This document shows positions 21,240 through 36,200 of a DNA stretch of 64,000 nucleotides, piece after piece. The DNA comes from Acanthaster planci (taxonomy: Eukaryota). The DNA lies in assembly GCF_001949145.1 (NCBI RefSeq), contig NW_019091359.1:912381-976380 (forward strand), read 5' to 3'. Positions within the stretch are counted from its first letter, which is position 1. Each line of letters starts with the position of its first letter. Both the position numbers and the translations under genes were made by a program. The notes below the pieces were generated by a model. It made no database searches. It was not told where the DNA came from and worked only from the letters and a program-made list of their open reading frames with translations.

Positions 21240-24200
21240 GTAAGTACACGTGAATTACGAAGTTTTGTTTTTCATGGCGTCTTCATGGGTGCACCCTTGC
21301 TTCCTCTGCATCATTCTGTTTGTCGACGTGATGGCGACATTGCCAGCTTACGTAGATAGCTTAGGCAGGCTCGTCGCTAGATCGGTTATACATGTACAAA
21401 TTCTCCTCGTGCAGGTGAAACCTCCCGATCAATCAAATCTATGGCAGCGATGGGGCTGTTCTTCAATCAAAATGTCGTTTAGTCATTTGCCCCCTTATTT
21501 TCCCTTTGCTCTTACTTCAGTTTTGTCGGGCTAAAAGTCTGCATATAATACGATGAACATGCGAAGAAGAGCCTTCCAAAAAGCTGCCTTCCAGTGGCTG
21601 GAAACACGTCTAACTACTTTGTAATTGGTTAATTTCATGCTGTTCAGCCGTTGTGAATTTATCCACGGTGTTAATACTCAGTCTCTTATTGCAAATAGAT
21701 CAGAACGGTGTATTTCGTGCAACCCCTTCCAAAGTCCACATTCAGGTCTTTCATAGACACAAGTTTATAATCATAATTCGACTCAATATAACGGCACAAC
21801 AGTCAGTGAGTCTCCAGAAGTTGTTCTCGACCAAATTTCGGATTTTCCCGCGTGCACAGGTGTATAGGCGTACATGTAGGAACGTATATGCTTAATCATT
21901 TGCAAACAGGTATCTAGGCACTTTGAGGCATTTTGTTATATCGATTTGTTAACACGAAGGGTTCGTTAAGATAATTTTCCAGATGAAATGCCATATTCAG
22001 AACACCTGCAAGAAATTTAGAAGCTTTAACTGATCACGCCCTGTATGGTCACTTTATGATATAATTTTTCTCAAGTGATGATATGCACTGAATCGATTTG
22101 GAAGGGCATTATAAATAAACGCGCCCAGTAGGCTTATCGGGATCAATAACACAAGTTCTTGGCCACACAAATAGTGCTGAGCTACCGTGTTAACCAGCCA
22201 TGTGGTATCGTTGCGCAAACACGAGGTTGTCGATCTCTCTTCACCTGTCATCGGCTACTAGAGTTGAAGGGTACTTCAGCGTCCCTTCACGGCCACTTAA
22301 CCGCTCCACGCGCGCGCCCGCTTCGTCTGTACATACACACGGTCGGTGTCTGTAACGTACTGGAACGTCGTGGTGGCACGGTGACGGTGGGGCACCGACC
22401 CGGGGGAAGACAGGAGATCATCCCCCGCTGGAAGGACTTGGGGGTTAGGGCACGGATGAGCGGATGTGGATTTTTACGGTGGCTTGGCCGGCTGAAAGGC
22501 AGCTCATTCACGGTTTTATTGGTGTTTTGTCCATCATTTAGATGTTTGGCCAATATGCGTCGCGTGATAAGGTCTTCTGTGTCTCAACCCCTGATAACCC
22601 CAACGCGAACTGGAGGAGAAAACGCCTTTTCCAAGATACTTCTGCAACAAACCAGGGGCCAATTTCATATCACTGCTTGAGCGAAAAGTCTGATTAAGCG
22701 TGGGAAACACCTTGTTTGACAGATCAGGTTACCAGCCAAAACTTCTTGTAATGTAGGCCTATATTGTATTGGAATGGTACTGACTTATCTTTTGGTTAGC
22801 ATGACAATCACACAGAGTTTTAACTGGTTACCTTTGTTTATAAAGAAAGGTTTTTTCGTGCTTAAGCAAATTCTGTGCTTAAGCAGCTCTATTAAATTGG
22901 CCCCAGGAGATGTTTGTGAGAATGAAGGGGAAACTGAGAGTATTTATCAGCAGATCCCGCAAGGGTTCATTTCATATTGAAATTCTACCTGGAAATCCCA
23001 ATTCAAAGTACGAGCTTATAGGGATTTGCCAACTTGCTGCAGAACTCTTTTAAAAAGGCTTGTTTGTACGTTTTCATTTTGCAGATTTGATCCTGTCCTC
23101 TACGTATCTTTCCACAGCTTTAGTCAAATTGTAAAGGAGTAGGTGAATTTCAGAAGTGTAACAACGTAGTTACAGTAACGTTGTGTGGTCTCGCCATATA
23201 AATTTGTTAAATTTTCATTTGTTCCCTTCAGGGGTGCGATTTGAGTTTGTAAAAACATGGCCAATTATGTATATACAGCATATTGTGTTATTGGGTTTTT
23301 ATAAGTGGAAAACTCCTTAAGCTTAGGAACGATGGTTTTTTTCGTCTCGTTTTGACAAGTGTCAGTCAACTTCCGGTGAGTTGCACTGATGCCAACTGAA
23401 TGACACCACCAGCCGATTAAACCCCGCCAATCACCCACCCCTTCACCTCAGACAACTTAAACCGATCACAAGAAGGGAGCAGTCGGGTCGGATTTGTCAC
23501 AGGGGGCGAACCAAAGGGATTCTTCCGGACGAGCAATCTTCTGCCCTTCGCGCAACACATCCCTATTACCCCCCCCCCCCAAAAAAAAGAAAACTGAAGA
23601 CACTGCATTGCATATACGAACCCCAGCCAGGCTTTGGTTATCGTTCGTGCAAAAACGATGTGTTGGCTGGTGAAAACAAGTTCATTCATGTTGAATCGAT
23701 TTCATAATTAGACAAGCGGGTTTTCTGCATGGTCTTTGCAAGACTCGAAACCTCCTCGCACTGAGTGACCCGGCTTTGGAAAAAAAGCGGCAGGGGTCGA
23801 TGCCCGCTGGGGAGATACTCCACCTTCGTCCATTACAAGTTCTATCGAAACATAGCCCTAACTCTAGCCTTAAAATGTGCTTACCGAAAATCAAGACCTC
23901 ACCAATCTGAACCATCGCTCGTTAATAATGTTTTTTTCCTCAGTGACTATCACTTCGTGAAAAAAAATCCATCTCAAAGGGCCGACCAGATGTACTCTTT
24001 TTTCGGTACCTGTCAACTTGTTAATTTGCTACACTCCATCCGCCAGCAAAACTTGGCTGTCCCCAAGTGCCCCGTGACTGCCCCGGGTCCCTCAGAGCGG
24101 CTTAACCTCGGCGGCTGCATTTCCGAGCCCACAGGTGAAAGCGTTTAACTTGCGGTGACATTGTAATTATAGTCCACTAGTGCCATGGGCCCATTTAAAT

Positions 24201-27200
24201 GGCGATCGACTAGTACACATTTTGTGCCATTGACAGAAAAGTGTACACAGTTTTAAGTGCTTGAAATCTGACAACTATAATGTGCTGGTTCCACTATCAA
24301 GTGATTTCAAGAGTTCAGAAGAAACACTACTAGGGAAACCACGTGGAATATTTTGCACGGGGTATGACTTGCAACTGCACTACGTGCAGCATTGAAGCCA
24401 TTAGAAACGACAGGCTAGTCCAGCGGATCTCCAACTTCGAAGCAGACGAAAACAGAGATTCCATTGCCTCCTCTGTTCATCAGAGGTTTGGGGGCATTTG
24501 GGGCCAAAAAACAGAGCAGTCATGATTTCGTGGTTTTCGAATGGAGGACATGTCAGTGACTTGTCATTCGGAGTTGAAGGAAGAGGATGGAAAGTTCTAA
24601 ATGTATTGAACTTTTTCGGGCGGAGAAACCATGTCATGCTGATTTTGAGTCTTTTCAGGTTTTTTTTTCGAGTGTGCATTGTGTGGATCTAACGATCGTG
24701 TTCATCTTCAATTTTTTTGTAAAGCCTTGCCGCTGTTTTTGTAAGCCTTTGTTACTTGCGACAACTATTTAATGTTATCGTAAATTTGACTCAGCTAAAC
24801 CGATCATAAAGTTGCCTGCTATCAAAGGATTAAGTGATGGTTGAGATGTTCAGTACTTCCGGGGAACTCGCTCTGGACGCCTAACTTCTACTTTTCTTGA
24901 TGGCAAAGTCCTGCCCTTCTCTCTCCCTGTCTTTCGTGACTCGTCCACGGAGCAATAAACGTGATTTACGGGCAGCTATACACGCACGCATGTTAAAGAA
25001 CTTGTATACAACCCAAATGTACAACGCTCTTGACAAAATAATTGGCCCGGGCCATCTGCACCCGCCGTCGAGCTGCCGCTGTGCGTCCCCTTTGACCCGC
25101 CAGTATTAGGCGACACACACGAATCCCTACTTGCGAGTAAATCACGCTTATAATTTTTCTCGTATAATTTATCCAGTTCTTGGCCAGAGACCTCACCGCT
25201 GAGCATTTTTTTCCACTGACTGGGTCTTCTTCAGCGATCATTTATTTTGCTGGTCATTGTGTGGTTTTTGTTTTTTCGAATTTGAATAAAATATTGGCTT
25301 TATTGAACATTACAGTGGGTAGGCCTACAATGCGCATGGCAGATTTATGTCGGTCAAATGAGGGTATGAGTAACTGCATTGTGGTTTATAATTTAACGAA
25401 AAACTCTTTCTAGCTTTTCAGTTAATTGCCAGTTTTTCCTCAACTGCCAACTGACAAAAAAGCTGATCTGGCTATATGGTCTGGCTGTTGGTATATGTAT
25501 CATTCCCACAAATCTCTTGGATACGCCATCTTTGATGTATGCCGCAACCATTTATTACGGGCATTGTTTGGCGTTGTAAGCTATAAATGGCAAAAATATG
25601 GATTCGAAAATCGACACGGCTTCACATCAAAGATTTTGGACCTTTCGTCAGTACATGTGCTTCACGTTCATGTAAACAAATATAATGATTCCTGGGCCTA
25701 CTAGGACATGTAATGTGCAAGGCAGACGCTTAAGGTTGCAGGCTAGTAAAATGGCCCTAAATTGTCTGTGCGGACCCATTTATGATGTGCATGCTGTCTG
25801 ATTCTCTGCTATGAGAGTATTTGTGGCGTGCAGACTGGATGGTTTGCGAAAACAGGAAAGATGGACACCATCGTCCACCACGACTGCCATATTGTATTTT
25901 TGAAGCTATTCGACAAAACAGGGCCTTCCAAATTGCTCTCTTTTGCCAAAGGAGTTAAGGCATCAATTTTCAAAATGGCGATGGACTTCACGGCTGTTTT
26001 TAGCGGTGATCGTCTCTAAATATCTTCAAAGGCCATCAGTTAAGCCACGAAATTTGAAAGGAAAATGATAGATGAAGAAATTAACTTTAGGCCTAAGCCT
26101 TGAACACCTTAGAAACTTGTGAATATTAGAGTATTTTTTCCCCTGATTTGTTTAAGTGGAATTATTTATCACTGTTATATATATAGTAACTCATTTACTT
26201 GTCCTTATGCAACTTGATTGTAGCTGTCTGATCAAAAAAACGAAATACACGTACAGTATTGTGTAAACAGAGCTCGTGTGCTTGGACTGGTACCCTCGTC
26301 GGTTCCACCCAAACGGAATAATAAGCTGCAGTGTACGGTGACCATGTGACAAGCCAATAGTTGGCCATTCGCCACAGTGAGATAAATTCGGTCAGTCATT
26401 TTATTTGGGTTTCCTGGCTTGTATTTGGCAGCTAAATCAACAGCTCGCATGGAGAAACTTTCAAGCCCGATTCGTCCGAGTCCTGCGGTATTCCATGGGC
26501 AAGGCATTTTTGTTTATATCACTTATTCTCGTCTGCGATTCCCCTTGTAAATAAAGTGGGTAGGTTCCCCCTTAAATTTACGATCGGGATCTTGAAAAGT
26601 TACAAGTTGCTAGTTTGACGAATTCACAATAAATCTGCCCCTTCTCGTTTTGGAATTCGCGCACAGGTTTAAGATACCAAGGAAAACACTTCTGCTCCTG
26701 TCGACGATTATTGAGACTTCATTTCGAAATCCGTTTTAGAACATGCATATCCTCGGCTAAAAGAACACCCTTTCTTGCTTGTTATGCCGTGTTTACATTA
26801 CCAATCGCAACAAATTTATGACGGGATAAATTTTGACGCAATTTTTATGGCCAACGCATTCTTTCTTGGCGCCCAAGTGGCTTCTATTTTATACCCATTG
26901 CCTTTGACAGTTCGATGTTCAACTCCTTGCAAAGTTTTTTTTCCGGCTTAACGGCAGTAACTCGTAATATGGAGTGTTGGTATAACAGCCAGTGACTAAT
27001 AAAATGTAAAACCGCCATCACCAGCCTAGTTCCGATTTCAGTAAGGCATTTTTGCGTTGTGTCTCTTGGACGGAAATTTCAAGATGGTTTCTGTATTTTT
27101 CCCGAGCTTTTGAAAATTTGGATCAAGCAAAATGTAACAACGAAAGGAATACTTTGGCTCAGTGATTTATTTTTAAACACGGGGCATAATTTGGGACTGC

Positions 27201-30200
27201 ACAAAGTTGTAGTCAAGACGGTGCCTTCACAGTCAGTGGGGGGCTTTTTTTTGCCTCAAACCAAACCAAACTTGACCAGCAGCGGCTCCGTGGTTGAACG
27301 TAACATCGAGCATACTGCCGATCAGCTTCGCTCTATCCCGCTCACGCAGCGCCACAGCACACGCCAGGTATTCTATTGCCCCGCCACAAAAAAAAAAAAA
27401 AAATGGACTACATAGGCCCGAAGGTGTTCCGGCCCTCTTGACACAAGACAAACTAGCTATTAATTGATTTTCAACACTTTCCCTTGCTGTCCCCCCGGGG
27501 CCGGCGAACTGCAGGAATCTTTTATACCGTACGCGCTAACGCCGCGTGATGCATGCGCCACTCAGACTAACCGGCCCCCGTGAAATTTCTGAATGACCGC
27601 CATAAATAGTTTTAAAAACAACTGCACGCATCTCCTTGTTCTTCAGAAAAATTTCACCGACAACTTGTCTAACCCTTCAGATCGAAATCAAGGAGGCGAG
27701 TTGTGTCGAGTGCATTGAAGACTTTAGACTATGCACTGAACTTGTCAAGCCGTTACTCATAAGAGATCCCATCCCAATCAACCCAAACGATTAAAAAGAG
27801 GTAGTTTTATAGCCATTCAGGAAAACCCACTCAAGCCCTTGTTATTGCTCGAAATCTTCCCGGGATTATCAACCGGTGGGGAGGGGTGATAACTACTAAT
27901 AGCTATTGACTGTTCTTGCATCATCTTTTGTCCAATCCGCCGCCCACGGGATGCCTTTGTGGCGGTTTGGATTGGGGGGTCTCCTTCTTTCACAGGAGGC
28001 GGATCCATTTCACTCTTTTGTGGATCTAAGTAATGGGATAAAACAACTTGTAGGTGCGAATTGCCCCCGCCGATGATACCCTCCTAGCTCATCCGTTACG
28101 TCTTATAATAACCATACTATGGTTTAAGGATATGACGATTAACTTGTTGTAAACTTGCTGCAAGCCGGCCTGGTTGACGAACTCACGCGATGAATCATCT
28201 TGACAAGTCTGAACAGCTTGTGACATCACTGCTCTGTTATTGCACCATGCCACCAATTGGGGACAAGATTGAAGTTGGGCCTGAGAGCCAATCTTCTTTT
28301 CAGTTAAAGATCCGGTTGCCACACAACACATGCAGCAGTGAACGCATAGGCACAGTTCTTGCCTTCTTTTAGTGCTAAAATCTGCAGTTTGGGCTCCTCA
28401 CGTCTTCAAAGTTCAACCATCGGAGGAAGAAATAGACGTCTACCGGGACCATGAAATGCCTCTCTTACCATATTTTAAGAGCGAAGCAAAACTCCTAAAA
28501 GTCCACGAGAATTTTGGCCCGATGGCTTGGTGTCTTCAGACCGTACACCAGACAGGTCGACAAGACCAGATTTACGAGCTTAATAAAAGACCAATGAAAT
28601 GAAAACAGTGTGCCAAAACAACAGAGTGAAAGCGATCACTTTTCACCCGGTTGTAAATTACCCTTGGAACTACCCGGTGGTATACAGCTGAAAACCTTTT
28701 GGGTCTAGCCTATTCTCTGCCTCTAGATCCCCGTCCTCTCGTGAGGTCAGTTAAAAATGCCACTGAAACTAAGGACTCGTCTTCTGAACTAAATAAATTG
28801 AGCGCTTTACATGAGTAGAGATCGAACTGTATTTGGAGCAAGCTTTTTAGATTTCCAAATTTAGCGTTCGAGCTGGCTATTAGGTACTAGCAACACACAC
28901 AGGAGGTCCCGTTTTGAATGTCAGCAGAGAAAATTACCATAGTGTATGTCTTGGAAAGGCACCTTGCAGTCGTTTGTCTTATCTGTTTGCAACGTTCTCC
29001 AATCACTTAATATCTTTGATTACTATGATTTAAAATCAGTTAAGGCTTTCAAGAAATAATGTCACGTGATTCGGGTTCTTGGTTGAGCTCCAAAGTGCTC
29101 ATGAATTGGAATGCATCGCTGACCCCTTCCAACATTTTCAAGGCAAGTTTAAAAAAAACCTACAAGAAAACTGTTGTACGAAATCATAGAGAAAATGTTT
29201 CTATCTCAAGTGTCTCAGATCACATCATGCCAGTGTGATCTTTCAGTCAGTGGTGTAACAAGGAGGCAAATCCATGGGAACATGTTTGAGTCTGCATCAT
29301 TTTGGAGGGAGCACTTGGTATAACGTGGTCGCGATTTCATACAGCATGATACTCTCTTTGTCCTCTCCATCCTGAGCAGGCCCTCCACCTCTCCTTCTAG
29401 TAACCCGCCCCCCGAGCCACATAGAATATTTTCATTAGTTACATGTACTTGGTCAATAGTGTATGTTTCCTCCCATGTATTGTACAATGTTCCTGACTAA
29501 ATTTTGCTGCTGTTGTTTTTCTCTTTTGTTTACCCTACATGTCTTCTTCTCGATTGTAATAATTTCAACTGTTGACGGTTGTTACCGGTTATATTGTATC
29601 TCTAACAAATCTTTTATGTGTAAATATTCTAATTTCTTGTAACTTATTGTATTTTTGTTCATTTCAATGGAATGAAATAAAGTTTCCATTTGAAAAGTCA
29701 AAAAAAAAGTCCTGAGTAGGGACACAAAGGTGAAACAGACTTGAGGGGCCACGAGTGTTGCTTTCTACTCAAGTACACTAAGATTCTACCCACTTCAGAC
29801 GAGATGTGTGAAGCCTACAGTAGGCATATGGATCTGTGGCATGTCACATGAATGCCCAACCCTTCTCTGGAAAGACCCTAAAGACAAGGATAACTGCGCC
29901 TTTAAATCCTGCAGCAATAACATTGGGAGGGAAACATAAAAATCTTGATGACGCATCGGTGTTATCCTTTGGTATCACCCGGCCAGACACTGATGATAAA
30001 CTGGCTTCTTTTTTTCATTTAGACCTACGTCTGTGATTTAAGAGGTCTTGTCAAAAGTACCCTCGCGTAAGGTCACGGCGGAGTCGTCCCAGCTGGAAGA
30101 CAATGCAGTGTAAACATGGCACGCACCTTGCACAGTAAATTTGCGGGGAAGGATAGCTTCTAGAAACTTAATTGCAACACAAACCTCTCGTGATCTTTAA

Positions 30201-33200
30201 GCAGAGAGGTTTTTTGTTCGTTCATTTCCTCTTGATTACTGATGTTGAAAATGCAATGGAAAAAAAATTGACTTGGAAAAGGATTTCCAGCTTGGCAATA
30301 GTCTTTGATAAAGCAAGACACGAAACCCGTTTTCCGTAGATCTCTTTAGCTTGCTATCTCGTGCATCAACAAGAGCTTAGAATCTCGAGCAGCCCAGTGC
30401 ATTCAATGTATTTTCTTTCCTCCCTTTACACTCCAGGAGCATCGCCACCTACCCCCAAAAGTCCAACATCGTCACCGACACGCAAGGCACAGAGATCTCG
30501 CTGGAGCCGCAGATGCGGCCGCTGAATAAGCGCCAACGGCGGATGGTGCGAGACAATCCGGGCATCCTACTCGCCATCTCCCAGGCCGTCAAGACGGCCG
30601 TCACCGAGTGCAAGTTCCAGTTCCAGAACCGACGGTGGAACTGCCCCACTCTGATGAACGTTCAGGGGGCCAACAGTCTCTTCGGCAAAATTCTTAATAT
30701 AGGTAACACTTGTCTTTCTTTTTCCACTCTGCACTGAACTACGTTCATTATAGGGAGAGCGTAACTATTCGGGGGGGGGGTGGTTGGTTGCACCCCAGCC
30801 GCTGTCTAATGTGGCAAATGATGAATGTCTTGAAAAAGATCAATCTGGTCGAGCAGGGTGACCCCACGGCTCCCTGCTTCCATTCTGAAATTGCATTACA
30901 CTGTATTTGCACATCCAAACATTTTTGACTGCTCGGGATTATCTTGTGCTTGATCGCACTTTCAGTCAGCGTTCGTTTTTGGAAGAGGTGTCTGGCATTA
31001 ACACTGGGTCAGTTCTGGGTGGTGTGTTGTGTAGTGCCTTTTTTCCAAAGAAAAAATAGTCGACATTTCATCCAACCAATAAGCAGTATCCATTTTTTAA
31101 TCATTTTAATCAAAATGGAGGAGACCGTTTCGAGGAAAATGAATGTAATGATTAACACAAAACGCGAAAACACGATATGCACGTTGAAATCTGAAACACC
31201 AAATACACGAGAGAAATCGTTACCTTGCTGTTGCTGCATCGAATCAGGACGCAGGAAAAAAGGCTTTTCTCTATTGCAAGCCATCCTAAAAGTGAAGTCA
31301 CCACTGGGGACGAGGTTGGAAAAAATTGATTTCGTACTCTGGAGCTTTTTTCTCGAAGTGTCTTCAGAACGCAGGTTCAAAACTAATGCCCGTTGAAGCC
31401 TGCCCTAGAATCCCCTGGTGCGCATGACGTAGGCCTACCGAGGCACGTTCATTTAGCGTCAGCCCTTCCCCCTTAAAGAAAAGCTGGTTCAAGCCCATTG
31501 AACACTTTCTGTCCGTGTAAAAATTTGCAGCAGTCGTTTAATACTGTCTGAGCTTGTGCCCTGTTTTGGAATTAATTTGATTGTAAAAACAATTGCAAAA
31601 GTTGTAACCAACACTCAACTCTTTCTCCTTGGGGCAATCCTTTTCCAGAAATCGTTTTAACCTACGAGGGAATTAGGGATCGTTTGTTTCAGACCTCCAA
31701 AATTTCATTTAAAAACATTCATTAGTTTGAAGACGAAGATTTAATTTAAAATGTACTAACACTTAAAATGACAGAAACAGTCTTGTTTGGGCTTTACTTA
31801 ATATGAACAAAATATTGAATTACTGTTTTGACAAAACAAAAAGCCACAATATCGAGAAAGAAAGTGCATCTGATGATATCAACAAATATGTAGTTTATGA
31901 TTCCCAAATGTACGTTGAACCAGGCCCTTCGAATTCTGTCAGAGCAAATTTTGGTCCAGGGATGACGGGCCAAATAATGTGCAAACACGGGTGTCCCGCT
32001 CGCCGCACGACATGGCTAGCAGTCCTAATCGAATCAGCCGGCAGTTGCATTCTTTCTGCAACCTACTCGCGAGTTGCAACACTCTGCCGAGAATTTCATC
32101 TTATACGCGCGTGTTGGTGGTCTGCCGGGAGGGGAAAAGGCAGAAAACAATTGGGAGGCCCAGTAAACATCTCAATGAGAATGTTACTGTTAACATTTTT
32201 TTATTTTGGTTGTTACTGGCGGTGTGGCGCGCTTGATGAGAAAAACTATCAACGCGGCGTGAGGCCATGTGACTTGATCCGCCGTGCAGCGGGCGGCAGG
32301 CTGGTGGAAAATCAACTCGCGGCTTGGGGCCGCCTTTGCTGCTGGTCAGGCCGCCGCAAGGCCTCGCACTTGATCTTATGTCAAGTTTACAGACCGCAGA
32401 AAACCCGGTACGGGTACGACAGCCGGCCTGATAATTTGATGAGACTTTGTTGGTATTTTGTCCAAAATATATTTGAGTTTCAGACGTGTTTGTGTGTGGT
32501 TTCCTTGTAATAATTTGAAAACGATACCAAGAGCACAATAAAATTACATCAATAAAATCAGTGTGCTGCAGATCATAATATTGTGTGTATCCGGTTGGAG
32601 AACAATCAAACTCTCAAATCGAATTATCATCTAGAAAGAAGGCTGCTCCACGCGTCGATTTGGAGCTTATTTCAACTGAGCAATAATAACTTCTCCCCAT
32701 AATCTGCAGATGTTCCCGTCAAAACAGATCACTTGAAAGTTTGTTTTCCCCCTGTGAAGAATCGGCAAACATTTGTATCCACCGTTTTTTTTTAAAACCA
32801 ACACGGTCATTTCTTTCTTTTGATGGCCTCCAGAGGCCTGCGACATTTCAGCATTCGTGTAGGCTTGCCATACTTTTCTCTCGCGTTTCCGAATCAATTT
32901 GGCGTGGTCGGGGCTGACAACCTCCCCAACCGCGTGGAGGGTTGAACAGGGAGGAAACTTTTCACCAACTTTCTGAAACCACAAAATAAGCAAAGGTGGT
33001 AAAGGCTGTTTGGAAACGGGTGCAAGCCAGGACATTTAATACCGTAACAAAGCACGCCGACTGGGGCGACCTGCTGACAGTGGTACCAAGGGCCCTTAGT
33101 GCGTGTTGCCGGGAGGCCTTGCCAGCGGGATGCGTGCACGTATACAATATTGTACGTGTACACTGCGCGGAATCATGTCTGAAGCCGTACAACAGAGCAC

Positions 33201-36200
33201 ACAAGCGAGTAATATTTCTGAACAGACGATGGGGATCGTTTTATTGATATATTACTTTCGAATATTTAATGTGAAACCACAGACAAAATTAATACAGAAA
33301 TTTAAAAAAATGTGTGCAAAACACAAGACTTTGGAAATTACCTCAGCAGAAATATGCTAGAACTTAAGAGCACGGCGGCAGTTTCTCGCTTAATAAGTTG
33401 AATGGAAATGTATAGGCTTAAACGTGAAAAAGCTTTTAACTTGAACTATATTAGTTCATTATTCCCTGTCACATTTTGTAGGCTAATAAAAAATCGCAAC
33501 AGTGATTGTGTTTAATGAATGATGAAAGGCCAGCCCCTTTTCCCCTCCGGAGATTAAAAAGACGAAAGGTACATGAATAATTACGGAAACTCAAACGTTG
33601 AAATGTGTAAGGTTTTGAAAATTAGGTACCGGTAGCCTACCCGTGTCACTGATGAAACCTATAGAGTTCTAAATTGCACCGTTCATGCAATCATTTTTAC
33701 TGTGAAGATATCACGTTCAATCGAACACAAATTACCAATTTCTTTTTTCTTCTCTTTTTCGTGGATGTCTCAGTCACACGAGCTGTGCAAGACGGAGCAA
33801 ATTCCAGACGGAATTGGTATCGGCATAGCCAGCGAATAGAGGGAACGAAAACAGCCAGCGCAAAGGGGTTTCACCGACAGTTACGAACGAGGAGGCCCTT
33901 TTGTTGGCCCATACCAAATAACATTGACTCCCCGATCGGTCCCGCCGAGTTTGGGCGCAAAACTGTTTGATTAATCGCTCTCTGCTGCGATGTCACACTT
34001 TTGGTACACAAATTGCCCTCTCGTGGACAAATAACTTATTTTCGAAATGAGTTCTCCGCGGTGTGTACGTGTCTACTTAGGAATGTGGCCCTGAAACGCA
34101 GTTCATTGAACAAGCGAAAATAAGTTCAGAACGCACCTACTTCTACAAAACGACAACAACACTCGTTACCAGGTTGTGGACTTAGGTACCTCGTATGCAT
34201 ACTCATTTGATCAGCAAATATCATAAGTGTGCAAGCAGATCGTTTGTAAGGCTTAAGGAGTAAAAAGAGTCTAAAAACATGCTTTGAACAAATTAATCCA
34301 CAGTGACTTTTTACATTAATTTTATGTTCCATAAAACGACGGCGGTTGGAGCTGTTTCTGTCTCTTTCATGGGCGTAAGGCCGGCCGGCCAACACAGCAT
34401 AAGCTTATGGGGTCAAGCTTACCGGTAGATCCTACGCTGCATCCGAATCTCTTGTCTAGAGCTAGGTCTAGGTCTTCACTCCATTGGAAATGCGTGGAGA
34501 CGCGTAGACAATAGACCTAGCCGTAGCTCTGGAGGCCCGTTTCGGACATAGTTTCGCTATATATTCTGCTCCGTTCTATCCCTTCCGTGGTAATCCAGAC
34601 CATTAAGGTTACACGGCAGTATAATTCTAAAACTGTGTTCAAAAACCATAGGGCGCGAGTTGACTTTCTGCCTCCGTCCGTGACCATTGGGAAAAGTCTT
34701 CCCATTACGTTGGTCAGATCGTACCTGAAATTTCAAACATTTCAGGGCATTGCGTTTTAGGCAACTTTATACAACGTCAAAGAAAAACGTCACCGTTCAG
34801 TTCAGGCCACCCGCCCAACGAATCTGATTTTAGAAAGTTGCCTAAAATTTTATTCATAATTGAAGTCAATTTGAAAAATGCTGACGTTGCACTGAACGAA
34901 ACAAAAAAATAAACTAACAGGCAGGTTTTGTTTTATTGAAAGAATGCCCTAAATAAACCTGCTTCTGTTGAAACACCACCAAGATATAAAGGAAACATTC
35001 CATCCCCAGCCAGTTTTTATATATATTTCTGGAATATGTACGGTCGCCATTAACCCAAGCGGACCCCAATTCGTCACTCTATACTATGAAATGGATTTCC
35101 AAGATGGTTTAGCTGGCTGAGCCTGGCGCGTTTGGATGAGGGTGTGATCAATCTCACCCAGCCCGGCTGGAAACCCTCGGGGTTACCCTCCGAAGGAGTT
35201 GGAAGAGTGTAAGGCCCGCAGCTATGTCCTCGCTGTTTCCACCCCCAACTGCATACCGGCTTAACCCGAATGCCGAACCATCGGAAGTTCATCCATTATC
35301 GAAGAAAGGTCCGTCAAGGCTCAAGAAACAAATCCGCGTATTTGGCAGCCTATTCAGCCGTCACAATATAACAGGATGAAGGATGATACTGTCGAGATTT
35401 CAGAAAAGAATTTCAGCGTTGTCTGTAGTCTGTTGTGCGTGGTACGGATGAGAAACTTGACGTGGCACAGTGCCCTCAATTTTTTTTTAATATTTGGCTG
35501 GATCGTTGTTCGTCATTCATAATGCAGAGAACTGACCCGAACGTTTCAAATACGGACACAACACTGTGAGTCTCGAGATAAACGTGCCGCCTTCAACTAT
35601 ATGAAGAATTTTGATGTTAAAACTAGGAGGCTCTTTGAAAGAAATCAAAGGATTTTGTAAATGCAAATGGCGTGGTTGTTTTGGAGGAGGAGACATCTTG
35701 GATGGAGATTTCGGCATTAGACGGTTGAACAAGTCATTCAGAGATGTTCAACAGTCGTCTGCATGAAGACTCTTTCCTCAAATTTCACGAGTTTGGCATG
35801 ATTTGCCGGAAAAACATGTCTTTCATCAACGGTGTGCCCTCCTGCCCAGTGATAAATCAAACTATAAAAGCCGTTCACGGAATTTTCAAGACAAATTGAT
35901 CAAAATGGAGAGCTGTGCAGAGACTTTACCGTGAGAACCGCTGAGCTCAACACTAAATTCTTCACGCTTAGGTATTCTATTACAAAACGCAGATCTTTTA
36001 CAAAGTGACGTTTGATCAGTGCTGTGCGACAACAAATTCCATTTTCACTTGACTCCTTGCTCAATGGCTTCAAACGTGCGTGAGCTTTCATCGTTATTGT
36101 TTGTAAAGGACAAACCGTCAAAAAGGCACAATTATTGGGATCTAATAGACTGTTAATTGTCTGTCTCCCCTGGACGGTCATCCTTCAAACGGCAGTGAGG

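Noticed and set aside
31803..32510. 235-aa ORF in Wnt1 intron 2
   Set aside because: No recognisable domain, random-looking Cys/Trp/Arg-rich composition, no coding-like codon bias; likely chance.
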